This document shows, one piece after another, positions 1-12,920 of a stretch of DNA of 64,000 nucleotides (positions are counted from its first letter, which is position 1; the number at the start of each line of letters is the position of its first letter). The position numbers and the translations under genes were made by a program. Source of the stretch: Protoeuglena noctilucae (taxonomy: Eukaryota); NCBI GenBank assembly GCA_958009085.1, contig OY253685.1:248001-312000 (forward strand), written 5' to 3'. Below the pieces are notes generated by a model. It saw only the letters and a program-made list of their open reading frames with translations. It was not told the origin of the DNA and ran no database searches.

Positions 1-421
1 TTGTAAACGCCGTGGTTCACGTGCCGGCCGCGGCTGGCGGCACACTGGCCGATACACGCGTCCAAGCAATGCTTCATACATAATGACTGCATCCGGCGCC
101 GCGAACTTCCCCGTCGCGGGTCCCACGCACCTTCCAGCTGGCCGAGTAGCGCTGGGACCCCAGAGCGTACAGCGTCTTGAACAACGTCTCTCTCGCGCCG
201 CCCTCCTTTGTGAGTATACTGCCCACCCCATCTCCTTTCCTCGTGAAGACGGCATCGTCCGCGGTGGTCTCGGTGATGCCGGACGTGCCTGCGAAAGCAT
301 GCCAAAAAATCAGGCGCCGGCGACGCATTGGGCGGCCGCACCTATCCGAGCCGGTTCCCACTAGCAAGATGAGCGCGACATTACGCTTACCTGACACGCT
401 GGGGGCCCTGGATTCGTCCAT
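1..421 (-). CDS. Partial (5' part) spliced gene of unknown function running off the window start
   Basis: ATG at 421 (MDESRAPSVS), donor GTAAGC at ~390, exon ...ETLFKTLYALGSQRYSASWK then donor GTGCGT; no recognisable motif. Confidence 0.4.
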
Positions 422-1073
422 GGCGGCGCGGCCAGGCCTGCGAGTGTGGGGCACCCCTGTCTGCGCGCGGAAGCAAGCGCCGTGCCGTCAGTTAGCCCCT
501 GCTACATCAAGACATAACATCATGGCGAAACAGACCCTCTTTTCGCGTGTCCATCGACGCGCGAGTTTTCCCAGCGCGCCGGCGTTAGGCAACAGCCCGG
601 CGCGCCACGCGGACACTTCCGGGCCCCACGCTCGAGCAGGCGGGTCCATTACAACTACTACATCCGACGGTAGCGTCGAATCGGAAAGCGAGGGCCCGCA
701 CGCGCGAAGTTGGCCGAGAAAAGGTACCAACATGCGATGCCGCGCAGCGATGCGGGAATGCTCCTTGCAACGCCTTCTTTGCAAAAGGTTGCTCACCTAG
801 GGGGAGCTGTGCACTCCGCGGGCCCGCGGCGGGCGCCGACCGGGCTCTCCTTTTCCAACTGCTCAGTCAAAGCAATCTTATTTCTGGACTATAACGAGCT
901 AATGAGAGGTCAGGCCGAACACAGGATGAACACAGGATGCGTCTCTGAGGCGCGCGGAGCTGCTGCGGTCGTCTTGCGAGGCATGCGGCGGCCCGCCAGC
1001 TGATGCGCCAGAGCATGTGCCTGGCGTCGATTTCCGGCTCGCCGCAGGTTCTTCAACAGGTCGACAACATCAT

Positions 1074-4000
1074 TCAGTTCTCGCCGGACACGTGGGCGGG
1101 GTACTTGGCCTTGGCCTCGTCCCAGGTCGACTGCGCGCTGCAGAGGGCCGACAGCAGGGGCACGAGCTCCTCCATCGGGACGCGGATCTGCGCCATCGAG
1201 TCCCGCTCGCGCACCGTCACGGTGCCGTCCTCGATCGTCTGGAAGTCCACGGTCACCGCGAAGGGCACGCCGATCTCGTCCGTCCGGGCGTACCGCTTGC
1301 CGATCGAGGTGCCCGTCGTGTCCACGATGCTCGACAGGCCGGCCTTGCGCAGCCGGTGGCACAGCTCCGTCGCCGGCTGGTTCAGCGCCTCCTTCTGGAC
1401 CAGCGGGAACACGGTGCACTTGACGGGCGCGATGATGGGCGAAAAGCGCAGGACCGTACGCACATCGCTGCCATCGCCCTCGCGGGTGTAGTACGCGTGC
1501 TCGAACAGCGAGTACAGGACGCGGCCCACGCCGAAGGACGGCTCCACCACTGCGCGGGGATCGAGCGGGGTGCCGGCGTGAGTGGGGTACCGGCGCTTGG
1601 CGGCAAGCCCGCGCCCACAAGCCACGCCGCTGCGCTCACCGGACGGGATGAAGGTCCGCCCCGACTTCTTGACGGTGACCCGCTCGATCTTGACGTGCTT
1701 GTCGGTGACCTGCAGGGCCCCCGCCTCGGTCTGCACCTCGGCCGCCCCGTCCCGCTCCATGCGTGCCTTCAGGTCCAGGGCCTGCTCCTCCGTCAGCGCC
1801 TCGAGGGCCGTCGTCAGCGCCTTGGCGTCCTTCTTGAACTCCGCGCCCACCGTGCGCTTGTCCGGCACCACCTGGTGAGGCAGGGGGCGAACGAGCGTGG
1901 AACCCGAGTGTGTCGAGACACCCGCACGCGACACGCAGGGTCGTGCGGTCCCAATGCCAGCGCGACCCGCGCCCGATCGCGCTACAGCCCACGTATTAAC
2001 AGAGTTGCTTACTGCCCGTTTCCCCGCGTCCCCTCACCCGCAGCTCCTCCACGGTGATGGGCTCGTCGAACGCCTCGAACGCCGAAAGGTCCACCTTCGA
2101 TGCCTCCGAGTGCTTGGTCAGGTCGTACGCGGACCGGTCCGCGAGGCCGCAACACTCGACCCAGCCGTACGTCGTCTCGATCTCGCCGTCCCAGCAGTCG
2201 CATGCGTAGTGCGCCATCTCGTGGGCGAGGTGCTGGCGGAAGCGCACGCGCGCGGGGTCGATGCCCACCTGCGGAGGGGACGCGACAGATGCGCGGGATG
2301 GGTGGGAGATGGGCTGCAGTCCGCTGCAGTCCTTCAGCGGACACCTGGACAGCGTGCAGGGACGGGACACGACAGGTGCGCTTTCGCTCGTAAATCCCAT
2401 CGACCATTCGCAGCGTGCGCCCGCTCTCACCATGCAGAAGAACTGGTACGTCCTGCCGATGAAGTAGCCCAGGGTCTGGTTGGCGATGATGCCGCGCTCG
2501 ACCGCCTCGCCCAGTGCCATGCGCGTCGGCCTCCGCTGCTCGGACGTCAGGGCCATCTGGTTCTCCCTCGCGTACAGCGGCAGCACCACGTCCTTGACGG
2601 AGTGGAACTTGGGGTGGTCCTTCTTGTCCGGGTGGCAGAAGTGCTCGATCTCCGCCTGTTGGAACTCACGCACGCGGAGGAGGCCGGCACTGGGGCGGGA
2701 CGGGTGGGGTGGGGGTTGACGAAGGGGGTGAGTCACAAGGAGTGGGAGGGGAGGCGTGGTGCGAGGCATGGGTGCGGAGCAGGCCAAGGGGTGACAGGTG
2801 GGGTACGAGGGGCTATGTCGGATGAAAGGAAGGCGAGGGTGTCGTGCATCCATAGAAAGAGAGATTGAAAGTCTGGATGTTCTGATCCCACACTCGGTCG
2901 GTCTCACCGTGGGGAGATCTCATTGCGGAAGGCGTTGCCGATCTGGGCAGCCGCAAAGGGGAGCTTGCCGCCGTTGAAGTAGAGCAGGTCCTTGAAGTTC
3001 ACGAAGATGCCCTGGGCCGTCTGCGGGATGAGAAGATGCGGAACGGTGATACACGAGGTTTTTAGATACCATCTACAACCACACCGATGTATGTGGAGAG
3101 CACGTGCTCGGAAGGGACATAAAAGCGCTCCCTCATCCTGCATCCATGCGCAACATGCCACCCTGCCCGCTCCCGCCTCACCTCGGGGCGCAGGTACCCC
3201 ACGAGGTCCCCCCGGGGCCCGATGGACGTCTTGAACATGAGGTTGAAGGGGAAGGGGTTGGTGATGTCGTTGCCCGTGTCGGGGGCCTTGGCGCCGTACT
3301 GCTTCAGCTTGGCGGCCAGGGTGTCCCTGAGAGAGACAGGGGCGAGGAGTGACGACATGTGACACTTCCACCTGTCCCTACCATCCACCACCCTCAGCAC
3401 CCTCGGCCACCCCACCCACCACATCTGAGTCACCCTCCCTCATCTGTCCACCCCACCCACTGCATCTGAGCCGCCCTCACCTGTCCATGCCGTCCACCGC
3501 CTCCAGGTCCCTCTCCGCCTCCTCCTTGGCGTCCCCCCGCAGCGGCGCCTGGGGGTCCTCGAGCATGGCCGTGATGCGCGCCTCCAGCAAATGGTCCGCA
3601 CGGTAGCAGTCCTGGGAACGTGAGACGACGCAAACGTGATGTGGCACAGACATGAGGTCACACCATCACTGCCGACAAGATGAGCGCGAACAGCAAGTTC
3701 ACAACTGGCCGCACGTTTGGCGAAGTCGGTGCGACAAAGTCACTCGTCATATAGACAGAAAACACACACAAAACACATCCGCAACAACCGTAACTCCTCA
3801 CCTTGGTCTCCACGTCCGAGACCATGTAGTCCTGGAATCGGTCCACGTGGCCGGACGTCTTGAGCACGATCTCGGGGGTCACGGCTGGGCACTCGATCTC
3901 CAGCATGTTCTCCTCCACCACGAAGTGCTGGCGCCACGCCTGCGCTATGGGGTGGGTAACAGCATTGTCGGACACCGGGATGTCAGCCCTCCTGCGCCAT

Positions 4001-4973
4001 GCGCTGCACGATGACTGCGCATGGCACCAGACGCTGGGAGGGCCCGCCGCAAGCACAAACCCACCCACAGCAGCGTCATCACTGGCATGTCGCAGAGCAC
4101 GGCAGGGACCTCGCCTGCAGGAAGTTGGACTTGACGGCGCAGCCCGGTGGGCCGTAGTCATAGAACCCCGCCACCGAGCCATAGATCCGGAAGGAGGGCA
4201 CGTAGAAGAGACGGCGCTCCAGGGTGTTGGCCACCTCCTTGCGAAATGCCTCCTTGTCCGCCGACGACACCTGCGGGACGCCGCGGAGGGCCGCCGGCGT
4301 CAGGGGCGTCCCCCCAAAGCACCGAGGGACGGCCCCGCCACGCCTCGCACCTTCCCCGTCGCCGCCTGGTACGCCTTCTGCGCCTTCTCCAGCTCCACCT
4401 TGCAGTTCTTCAGCTGAGCGATCGCCTCGTCCACGGCGGCCTGCGCAGCGGACCAGAGAAAGCGGCACCGCCTCGCTGCACTAGTGGGGGCCCGCCCGCG
4501 CGCTGGCTGGCAGAAAGCGCCTCGGAGATTCGACAGATGTCGTAGGCAAAATGCCGGCCGTCATGGCGGAAGACGGCTGCCCCCAGCCAGGGGCCGTCGC
4601 GGGAGCTGGGCCGCGGAGACGTCGTGCCGCGCGCGGGATCGCAGCGGCCAGGTGGTGTCCCGAGCGGCCCCATCCTCCCGCGACCGGTACAGACACGTAG
4701 AGAAGCAGGCAAACGTCCTCTTGGACCTGCCCCCCGCGATCGAGAGGGGCCGGGAACGGCCAACAGACAGCTAGCCCGCCCGAACCGAGAAAAGCGCGAA
4801 GACGGGCGAACGGCGGGTTTGATAGAGCGGCCCGCCAGATGTGGAGAATCAAAACTCACCCGGTCCACCTTGCCCTCCTTCAGATCAGCCTTCAGCGCGC
4901 GGACGCGGTCGCCCTGCAGGGTCGCGGCATTCTGCGCCGCTTCCACGGCCGCCTGCAATTCCTCGGCGGTCAT
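1074..4973 (-). CDS. GARS: Glycyl-tRNA synthetase (eukaryotic alpha2 type, N-terminal WHEP domain), multi-exon
   Basis: Spliced motifs: QGDRVRALK (WHEP), [82 protein letters not shown]. Confidence 0.96.
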
Positions 4974-5192
4974 CGATGCCCCAGATGCACGGAAATCGCG
5001 AATTACCAGGGTCTGGAGGCGAGCGGGGTGGTGAGCGGCCCTCTGGGCTCGGATCCCGTCTCGCCAGCCCGACCGATGCTGCAGCACAGGAACTTTGCGA
5101 CAGCTCTCACGCTATTCTGCCATCCCCAAGCATGGACCGCACGCGACGCTTCCCCTGTGCCCGGGCGCGCTTGCTCTCCCAACTTCAACGCC

Positions 5193-7368
5193 CTACGCAC
5201 GCATGTCGAGCACATGCACCGAGCCATCGGCCGTGGACGCGGCCAGGAAGTTCCCCGAGGAGTGCCATGCGACCTGGTACACCCGGGTCCCCGCCTTGTA
5301 CGCGCGCTCCTGCGCCCCGCCCCGCGCCGACCACACCAGCACCTGCCCGTCGAACCCGCCCGTGGCCACGTGCCGCCCGCACGGGGAAAAGGCCACCCCG
5401 TACACGGGCTCCCTGTGGCCCGACAGCACGCTCGCGCACGCCCCCGTCCACCCGTCCCACACCCGCACCGTGCCGTCGTTGGACGCCGTCGCCAGGTACG
5501 TGCTGGGCGCGCCCGCCGGCGTCCAGTCCTCCGCCATGATCTCCTTCCGATGGCCCTGCGAGCGCAACCACCGTCACGTCGCTGCATCCTCCCGGCATCC
5601 CCACCCTCCAAGTGCCACCCAGTCAAGATGCAGATCCACGCCTGGTGCAGCGCGGCTGTGAGGGTCCGTTTGCATGTGGCTCACCTTCAGGGTGTGGAGT
5701 AATTGGCCCGTGTCGGCGTTCCATATGCACGCCGTCTTGTCGTCGCTGCAGCTGGCCAGCATGGACATGTCGGCGCTGAAGCGCACGCAGTTGACGTCCT
5801 TGGCGTGCCCCGACATGACGCGGAGGGGCTCGGGGGACCCAACGCGGCACAGGGCCACGCGCCTGTCCTGCGGGAAGACAACAAGAGGCGCGGCGCGGGT
5901 CGGTCAGGGCAGGGCTGCTGCACACGTGCTGTGCGACAGCCGCGACCTTGCGTCGTACCTTGGAACAGCTGGCGAACTCGGTTTCGTCCCGCCAGCACAG
6001 GTCCAGCACGGCGTCCTGGTGCGTTCGGTACTCCTGCTTAATCTCCCCCTCGTTCAGATCCCACAGCACCACCACGCCGTCCGCGCCCCCGGACACGAGC
6101 GAGGACCCGTCCTGGCACCACCGGATGGCGAACAGCGCCCCCTCGTGCCGCTCCAGCGTGTGCACCAGCTCCCCCTCCGCCGCCCACACCTTGATCACGC
6201 CGTCGTAACCCCCTGTCGCCAGGTGCTCCCCGTTAGGGCTCCACGCCACCGTCACCACGTCCTTCTTCTCCGCGGTCCGCCCCGCGTGCCCAAAACGCCG
6301 CGGCTTCTCAGATTCGACGTAACGCGAGAAATCGGACGGCACCTCCCAGAGGCGCGCGCTGCCGTCGCCCCCGGCCGCCAGAACGTGGCTGGACTGGGGG
6401 TTCCAGAGGCACGTGAACGCCTCCGCCTGCATCCCCTCCAACACCAGCGTGCGCTTCTCCTCGAGGCCCTCCATGTCTTCCTCCATGGGCTCGGGCCCCG
6501 CCTGCAAGCACGAGCGCCACGAGGGTCGTGTGCATGCACGCCACGCCGGCTGCCCATGTCATCCAAACGTCGGCTGTCCGCCACTCCACGCGTTGTCCAG
6601 CTCCGTCGCCTTCGTACTCCCTTCCTCTTGCGTCACTCAGCCACTGTGTCAGACTTGCGCCGCCCACCTTTGCCTTGACGTCTTCGTCCATCTGCTCCCG
6701 CTTGGCACGCACGAGGGCCTTCAAGTCGTCGATGGATTTCGTTAGGAGATCCCGGGGCGTGAGAAGGGAGAAGTCGCCCTCGATGTCTGCGTCCCAGCCA
6801 ACGATCGGGGCGGCACCGGTAACAATGCGAGCGGCCGGCAGAGGGCGGGCGCCAGCGAGGGCACCGGGAGCGGGGAACAGACGCCGCGCAGCGAGGGGCG
6901 AGGACCGCCGCGAGGCCCAGGGCCGGCGCCAGCGCGCGGAGCCACTCACCCGTGGCGCTGTCCTTCAGGTTGGCCTCGAGTTCCAAGTACTGCATGCCCT
7001 TCTGGATGAACGTGATCAGCGCGCCCGGCGGGACGTCGTTCGGGTTCATCTTCACCTTCTGGATGCTCGACTCGAAGCCGAAGGTGAAGGCCGCGTGGTG
7101 GAAGCCTGCGCGCGTGCGGGGCGCGCAGTCGGCCGGGCAAACTTAAATGCACGCGCATGTAGCGGGCGCTGGCCAGGGTCAGCGCGTGAAGGGGCGAAAT
7201 TGAAAGCGGCGGAGGGCACTCGCGGCCCCGCAAGCGGCGCCGAGGCGCTCCAAATGCCGCGCGAAGCGGGGCCGGGCCACGCGGTGTTTCTTTTCAAACC
7301 TGCCGGTCACCTGACTCCTGGAGGTACCGGAACACCAGGTAGTTGACCTCATCGGACGTCAGCGCCAT
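5193..7368 (-). CDS. TBL1: TBL1/HOS15/Sif2-type LisH + WD40 co-repressor subunit
   Basis: N-terminus MALTSDEVNYLVFRYLQESG|FHHAAFTFGFES and PPGALITFIQKGMQYLELE (LisH region), followed by multiple WD40 repeats. Confidence 0.9.
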
Positions 7369-7777
7369 GGCTGAGCCCGGCCCACCGCGCCGTGGCCCCA
7401 CAGGCCCGTCTGGCGTCCCAGCAAAGGCGTGCCCCTGGCGGCCTGACCCACACCCCGCGCTAGGGCGCCTCGCCCGCTCCTCGCTGGGCTCCTCAAGAGC
7501 GGACTCGGGGGCAGGCAGCCTCAGGAAGGTGCTCGAGAGGACCTCGCAACCAGGGGGGCACAAGGGGGCTGAGGCCAGCTGGCCGGCCGTCGCGATTTGC
7601 AAGGCACCGCGCTCGGGGCCGGCAATTGGCCGGCAGACGTGCCCTGCGCTCCTCGGGTTCGACTGACGTCAGGTGTTTCTGACGCGGGCCGCCGCCAGAG
7701 CGCCCGCTTTGGGTCCCCGGGCCCCCGGACGCCCTCCCTCTCTCGGGGTTGGGGGTGTCGCTACAAGGTTTGCCAGG
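7369..7777. promoter_or_regulatory. Short divergent promoter region between TBL1 and RPL12
   Basis: 409 bp between two opposite ATGs; contains the palindrome CTGACGTCAG (CRE/bZIP-like) at 7663-7672. Confidence 0.4.
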
Positions 7778-8718
7778 ATGCCGCCGAAGTTCGACCCCAG
7801 CGAGGTCATCGAGATCTTCCTCAGGGTGACCGGGGGCGAGGTCGGTGCGGCCTCTTCCCTGGCCCCGAAGATCGGTCCCCTGGGTCTGTCGCCCAAGAAG
7901 GTCGGTGAGTACCGGCGCACGGGGCGGGAGGCGGACGAGGCCGGTCCCCCGGTCGGGCCGGGCGCACGGCGGGGTGCCCCGCTGCTCGCTCGCCGGATGG
8001 ACGCTTCCGCGAGATGTTACTCGTGCCGCCGCCGAGGTCTGGCCGGCTGCGGGCGCGCCGCGAGCTGCAAGTGAGCCCGTTTCCCCCCGGCGCGGCCCCG
8101 GCGCGCAGGTGAGGACATCGCCAAGGCGACCGCCAAGGACTGGAAGGGGCTCCGTCTGACGGTGAAGCTTACCGTCCAGAACCGTCAGGCCAAGGTCTCG
8201 GTCGTGCCCTCCGCGGCGTCCCTGGTCATCAAGGCCCTCAAGGAGCCTCCTCGGGACCGCAAGAAGGTGCGTGGGCCTGTAAGCTAGCTTGGGGCGATCG
8301 CGCGAGGGGCGGCGGACCCGCCGCGCTGCCCAGGGGCCCCGCCGAGTGCCTGGGGCTGCTCGGGCGCGCCGTGCCGCCGCGCCGGCCCTGCCAGCCAGCG
8401 ACGCGCGTCCCCAGCGCGTGCTGCATGTCGTGCCTCCGTGGACGGGGGCGCGGGGGTCGGGATGCGCTCATCCGATCCTGCCCGTGCGCACGGCCTCTGC
8501 AGGAGAAGAACATCAAGCACAACGGCAACCTGACGCTCAAGGACGTGTACGGCGTTGCGCGCGTGATGGCGGAGCGGTCGTGCGCCAAGACGTTCGCGGG
8601 GACGGTCAAGGAGATCCTGGGCACGTGCGTGTCGGTGGGCTGCACGGTGGAGGGGCAGGACCCCCGCGACGTGCAGAAGCAGATCGACGAGGGGGAGATC
8701 GACGTGCCGACTGCCTAA
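7778..8718 (+). CDS. RPL12: 60S ribosomal protein L12 (uL11), 3 exons
   Basis: MPPKFDP...[32 protein letters not shown]...[16 protein letters not shown]; stop TAA at 8718. Confidence 0.98.
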
Positions 8719-8860
8719 GTCGCCGCTGTCCGAGACGCTCCCCAACCCCAGCCCGCATCCCCCTTCGTGGCCGCCCCATTCCGTTGAAGGGCGGCGTGCC
8801 GATGGCAATGCGCTAGCGGCCCCGGGCGCTCGCCGCGAGGGCATGTCCAGAATGCGAGAT

Positions 8861-11293
8861 TCACAGCCCCCGCACGGGTGCTGCTCCCGTCTCTAGCTCC
8901 ACGTCCCGCTGCATCTTGCGGTTCTTCTCGCGGAGGGCCCAAATCTCCGCCTGCTCCTCCCGCGCGCGGTCCGACCGGGCGCCCGACTCGTAGAAAATGC
9001 GCCGGCCCTTCTTCTGCGGTCGGGGAGCCGCAGCGGGTGAGCAGCGGTCGCAAGTTGGCCCGCACACGTGGGCTGGCAGGTCGCGATGGCCTGCGCTGCA
9101 GCCGTCGCTCGCCTGCTTCTGTTTCTGCGTGATTTCCACCAGGCCACGTTTCTGCAAGCTCTTGTACCGGTCCACGGTGACCGCTGCGCAGGGCTTGATC
9201 TTGCGCAGCGACCCGCTCAGGTCGTCCGTAGTCATCACCTGCGGGCAGGGCTGGCGGTGAAGCGCATGACCTGGCGAGCTGGGCTCACTGGAATCGATCC
9301 CATCGGCAGGTCAGCTGCAGCCCGTCAGCAGCCCGACCAGCCAGCACCAGAGCTGAGCTGCTGCATGCCCCAGGGCCCCTGCAGCCAGCGCATTGCCAGC
9401 GACCCTCGCCTGCACCGGCATGTCCTCGAAGCGATGCCGCCCGAGCCGCGGGGGCTCCTCCAAGGCCCGCTCCTCCTTCACCGCCCGGTGCCTCGCCCTC
9501 AGGACCTCGCGCTGCTCCTCCTCCTCCGCGACCTTCCGCTCCAACTCCGCCAGATGCTCGATGTCCCTGCGCTGACGCTTCAACTCCCGCCGCGCCTCCT
9601 CCTCCCGCTCCATCTCCCGCTTCCGCGCCAGCCGGTTGCGCTCCGCCACCGTCTTCTTCTCTGCGCGACGCTGCGCCCGCCGCGACAGCGCCTTTCCCGC
9701 CGAAGCCTCCCCGCCCGCCCCGCCGTCGTCCTCCTCTTCTTGCTCAGAATCGGACAAGTCGACCACGAGGTCATCCACCCCGGGCAGCTGCCCCGGGACG
9801 TGCCGCACACGGTCCACCACCGCCTGCAGCAAGCAGAACGCGAAGCCAGGGGTGTCATGCGCTATCTCGACGAGATTTGACCTGACCTATGATACCAAAC
9901 TGGCCCAGGGAGACCCCCCTCGCATGCAACGCGAACGCTGCTGCAGCCAGCCGGGAATCCGCCCCGCGCTCGCTGCCCCATCCTCGCCTTTTCCACCTTC
10001 GGGCCGAGCTCCTTCCGCAGCTCTTTCTTCATCTCCTGCGCCACGGCCGCCGCCACCGCGTCCTGGTGGTCCTCGTACGTCGGATTGTACGACGACCCAG
10101 GCACTGCCACCTCCACCGCCGGGATGGGTGCGACGCGGAGGGCCTTACGACGCCTCACAACCACCTCCTGTCGCAGGACGCGGCGCGCCCTGTCCTCAAA
10201 GTCCTCACCGCCAGAGCCGGAAGGCCCAGGGTCGCCTCCGTCCCGGCGCTCGGCCCCCTCCGCGCCACTGCCCCATAAGTCCAATTCCTGCGGGGTCTGC
10301 GCGGACACGTCATTCACCAAAGCTCGGTAACTGTCCTTAAAAACCAGAAAGGCAGTCCAAGCTAATGAGGACGCATGCCTCCACTCCTGCTGCAGCAGTG
10401 AGGACGCACGCACCGCATCGCCATTGCCCTCTTCGCTCCTCAGGGCCACCTCAGTCCCAGCCGACGCGCGCCCTTCCTTGGACCGCTTCTCCGCCAGGTG
10501 CTCGTGAAGCTTCTGCGGACACAGACGCAATCGATTCGATCGTCAGCCCCCGGTCACCCAACACTGCCGGCCTGAGTCGCAGCCACGCCTTTCACCTTGT
10601 GCAGCTGCACTTGCTTCCTCTTGGCGCCTCGCAGCAGGGGCTGCACTGCGTCGCCCTGCTCCAGAATGGCCTGGGCCCGGGTCGTCTTGCGCCGGGCCGC
10701 CTCCCGGTCCACGCGCCTCCGCCGCACGCCACCCGAGGGCGGCAGCGACACGGACTTGTCTGCAGCAGAAGTTGGTGCGACTCTGCTTCGCGCTGCGACG
10801 GGCCCGGCGACCGCCCACCGGAAGCGGCAGCGGCACGCGGCGCTGCGCCCTGGGCACTGCGGTTGCTCACCGATTTGGAAGAGCTGCTCATCCTTAAGGT
10901 CGCTGACCTTGACTTCCCGAGATTCCCTGTTCTCTCGCTCGACGGCCTCGACGATTCTGCAGAGGAGGCGCCGCGCGCGGTGGGCAACTCGGCACGCCCC
11001 GGCGGCTGCCTTGTGCCTCGCGCGGCTGCCCAGGAGGGCGCCAGCGCCCGGGCCGCTTCTTTCAAGCTGCAGCGTTTGATATCGTCTGGCGGAAACCGTC
11101 ACCGCATCCCCCGCTTTCCTTTCAGCGAGGGAGCGGTCGAGGGCGCCGACTGCCGCGGCAAACGTCTGCTCTCGCAAGCGAAACCCGCCTCCTCCTGACC
11201 ACGCGTGGCGCACGCTCACTCTTTGTCGTCAATCTTCTTCCGCCATTGCTTCTTCCCCCGCCGGGAGGTCTTGGCCTTGACCCGCTTCACCAT
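8861..11293 (-). CDS. NOP53: Ribosome biogenesis protein NOP53 (GLTSCR2)
   Basis: SRRGKKQWRKKID, LFQID (AIM-like motif, formed across a splice), PGSSYNPTYEDHQ, DLSGSLRKIK, DRYKSLQKRGLVE; three GC-AG introns. Confidence 0.92.
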
Positions 11294-11524
11294 TGCTGCA
11301 CCCGCGGCCGCCCCGGGCCTCGCGTAACAGGACTTTGAGGTGACGCCGCGCTTCCAGTAGCTTCCTTGACAGTTCAGCAAGCGACTGGTCGGTTTGTTTC
11401 CGCCCGTGATGGATTCAAGAGGGTGGAAAGTGGGGAAACCCTACCCAATGTGAAAGAATGCGCCAGCGGTGGCAACGTGGGCCATGGCCCGAATCGCCGG
11501 CACTGGAATAAGCTCAAACACACG

Positions 11525-12920
11525 TTACTTGTCCGCGTCCGGGTCCGCCAGCTTGGGCTTCTTGGCCGCGCGCGTGTAGGAGCGCACGACCCACTCCACC
11601 TCCGCGTGCTGCTGGTCCATGGTGCCCAGGCGGATCTGGTACGGCCGCAGCTCGAAGCGGGGACCGACCTCCGTGAGCTCCAGGGACTTGGGGCCCCGGG
11701 GCATCGAGTAGACGTGGTGGCGGAAGGACACGTAGTCGTCCTGGTTAATGAAACTCATGATGCGCTTGCTGTCGTCCTTCGGCACCGGGAAGAGGTGCTT
11801 CAGGATGTCCCGGACACGCTCCCCCAGCTTGGTCGAGAAACCCTCGAAGATGAGGTGAGGGTAGGCCTGCGATACGGGGAAGGAGCCAACGGCCCTTCAG
11901 CGAGCACATGTGCCAGAGCGTGCCACGCCTGCGCCAACTTGGCTGCGCATGCACTTGCACCGGGCAGTCAGAGCCGCAAATCACCTCGGACATGGTTCCG
12001 ACCTCGCTCTTTGTCCCAATGTCGTGCCTCGTCACGACGTGGTGGATGCCAAAGTACGCCGTGGGGCCGTAAGGCAGGTGGCACACCACGAGGCCGTCTG
12101 GCTCGCCGCGGTGCTCGTGAACCACCACTGAGGGAGGAACGGCATAAGGGCAGTCCTCACTGACCATCGCAAATGCGAAGGTGCTATGCAAATCGCGAGG
12201 GCTGGAAAGGGAAGCAATTACTGTGGCTTACCCCAAACCCCAACAGTGGCACACATGCGCATGCAGGCTCTCACCCACGTCCGTGAAGTCGTGGCTGCGG
12301 CACGTCTCGACGAGCTCGCTCACGACCAGGCCACCGCGGTTCATGCGCTGTGCATTGGGGATGCAGAGCTTGAGCTCCTTCGCGAACTGGACCAACCGAC
12401 TGCTGGGCTCGCGAGAGGTCGTGATGAGGACCTTGGGGTCCCGCTCCCCCGCGTGCGCGTACTCATCGTCGACGTGCGTGCGCTGGACGGCTGCAGAGGA
12501 GTGAGGGTGGCAGGGCTGCGTTGGGCGCAGGCACTTCATGGCATCCTCGGCGCCTGCCTCGCGGTGCGGCGCGGCACCGCACCGGTGTAGTCATCGTCCA
12601 GCTCGGCCAGGTTCTGCAGCTCGTGGTGCCGTTTCCTCAGCTCCGTGGGGATGGGCTTGCCCTCCTGCGCTTGACAGCGACAGACGCGTACCGTCACCTT
12701 GGCAGCGGCGCGGCGCGCTGGCCTCGGGCGCGGCAGGGTCGCGCCTTCTCATCGAAGGCCGCCGCCGCGCTGGGGCCCGCTTGTAGGAAGGGGCGCCGGC
12801 GCGCCTCACCTCCAGCGCCTTCTTTATCTTGCGCTTTTGCTCATACACCTCCTTCTCCTTCCCCTCCAGGCTCTTGCGGTACAAATACTCGCGGCGGAGC
12901 CGCGCATTGCGCCGCAACAT
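11525..12920 (-). CDS. IMP4: U3 snoRNP protein IMP4 (Brix domain)
   Basis: [69 protein letters not shown]. Confidence 0.97.

Noticed and set aside
3940..4120. Introner-type intron gain, suggested by AG|GC at both ends of several GC-AG introns
   Set aside because: Only 4 of 16 show it, it is explained by frequent Ala codons, and the introns share no internal sequence or terminal inverted repeats.
5112..5123. TAR-to-Gln recoding, suggested by the in-frame ATG-GCA-GAA-TAG upstream of GlyRS
   Set aside because: RPL12 and IMP4 end in TAA and TBL1 in TAG at the expected C-termini, and I found no internal TAR in conserved exons.
7650..7672. tRNA or box B at GGTTCGACT
   Set aside because: No T-stem or cloverleaf can be formed around it.
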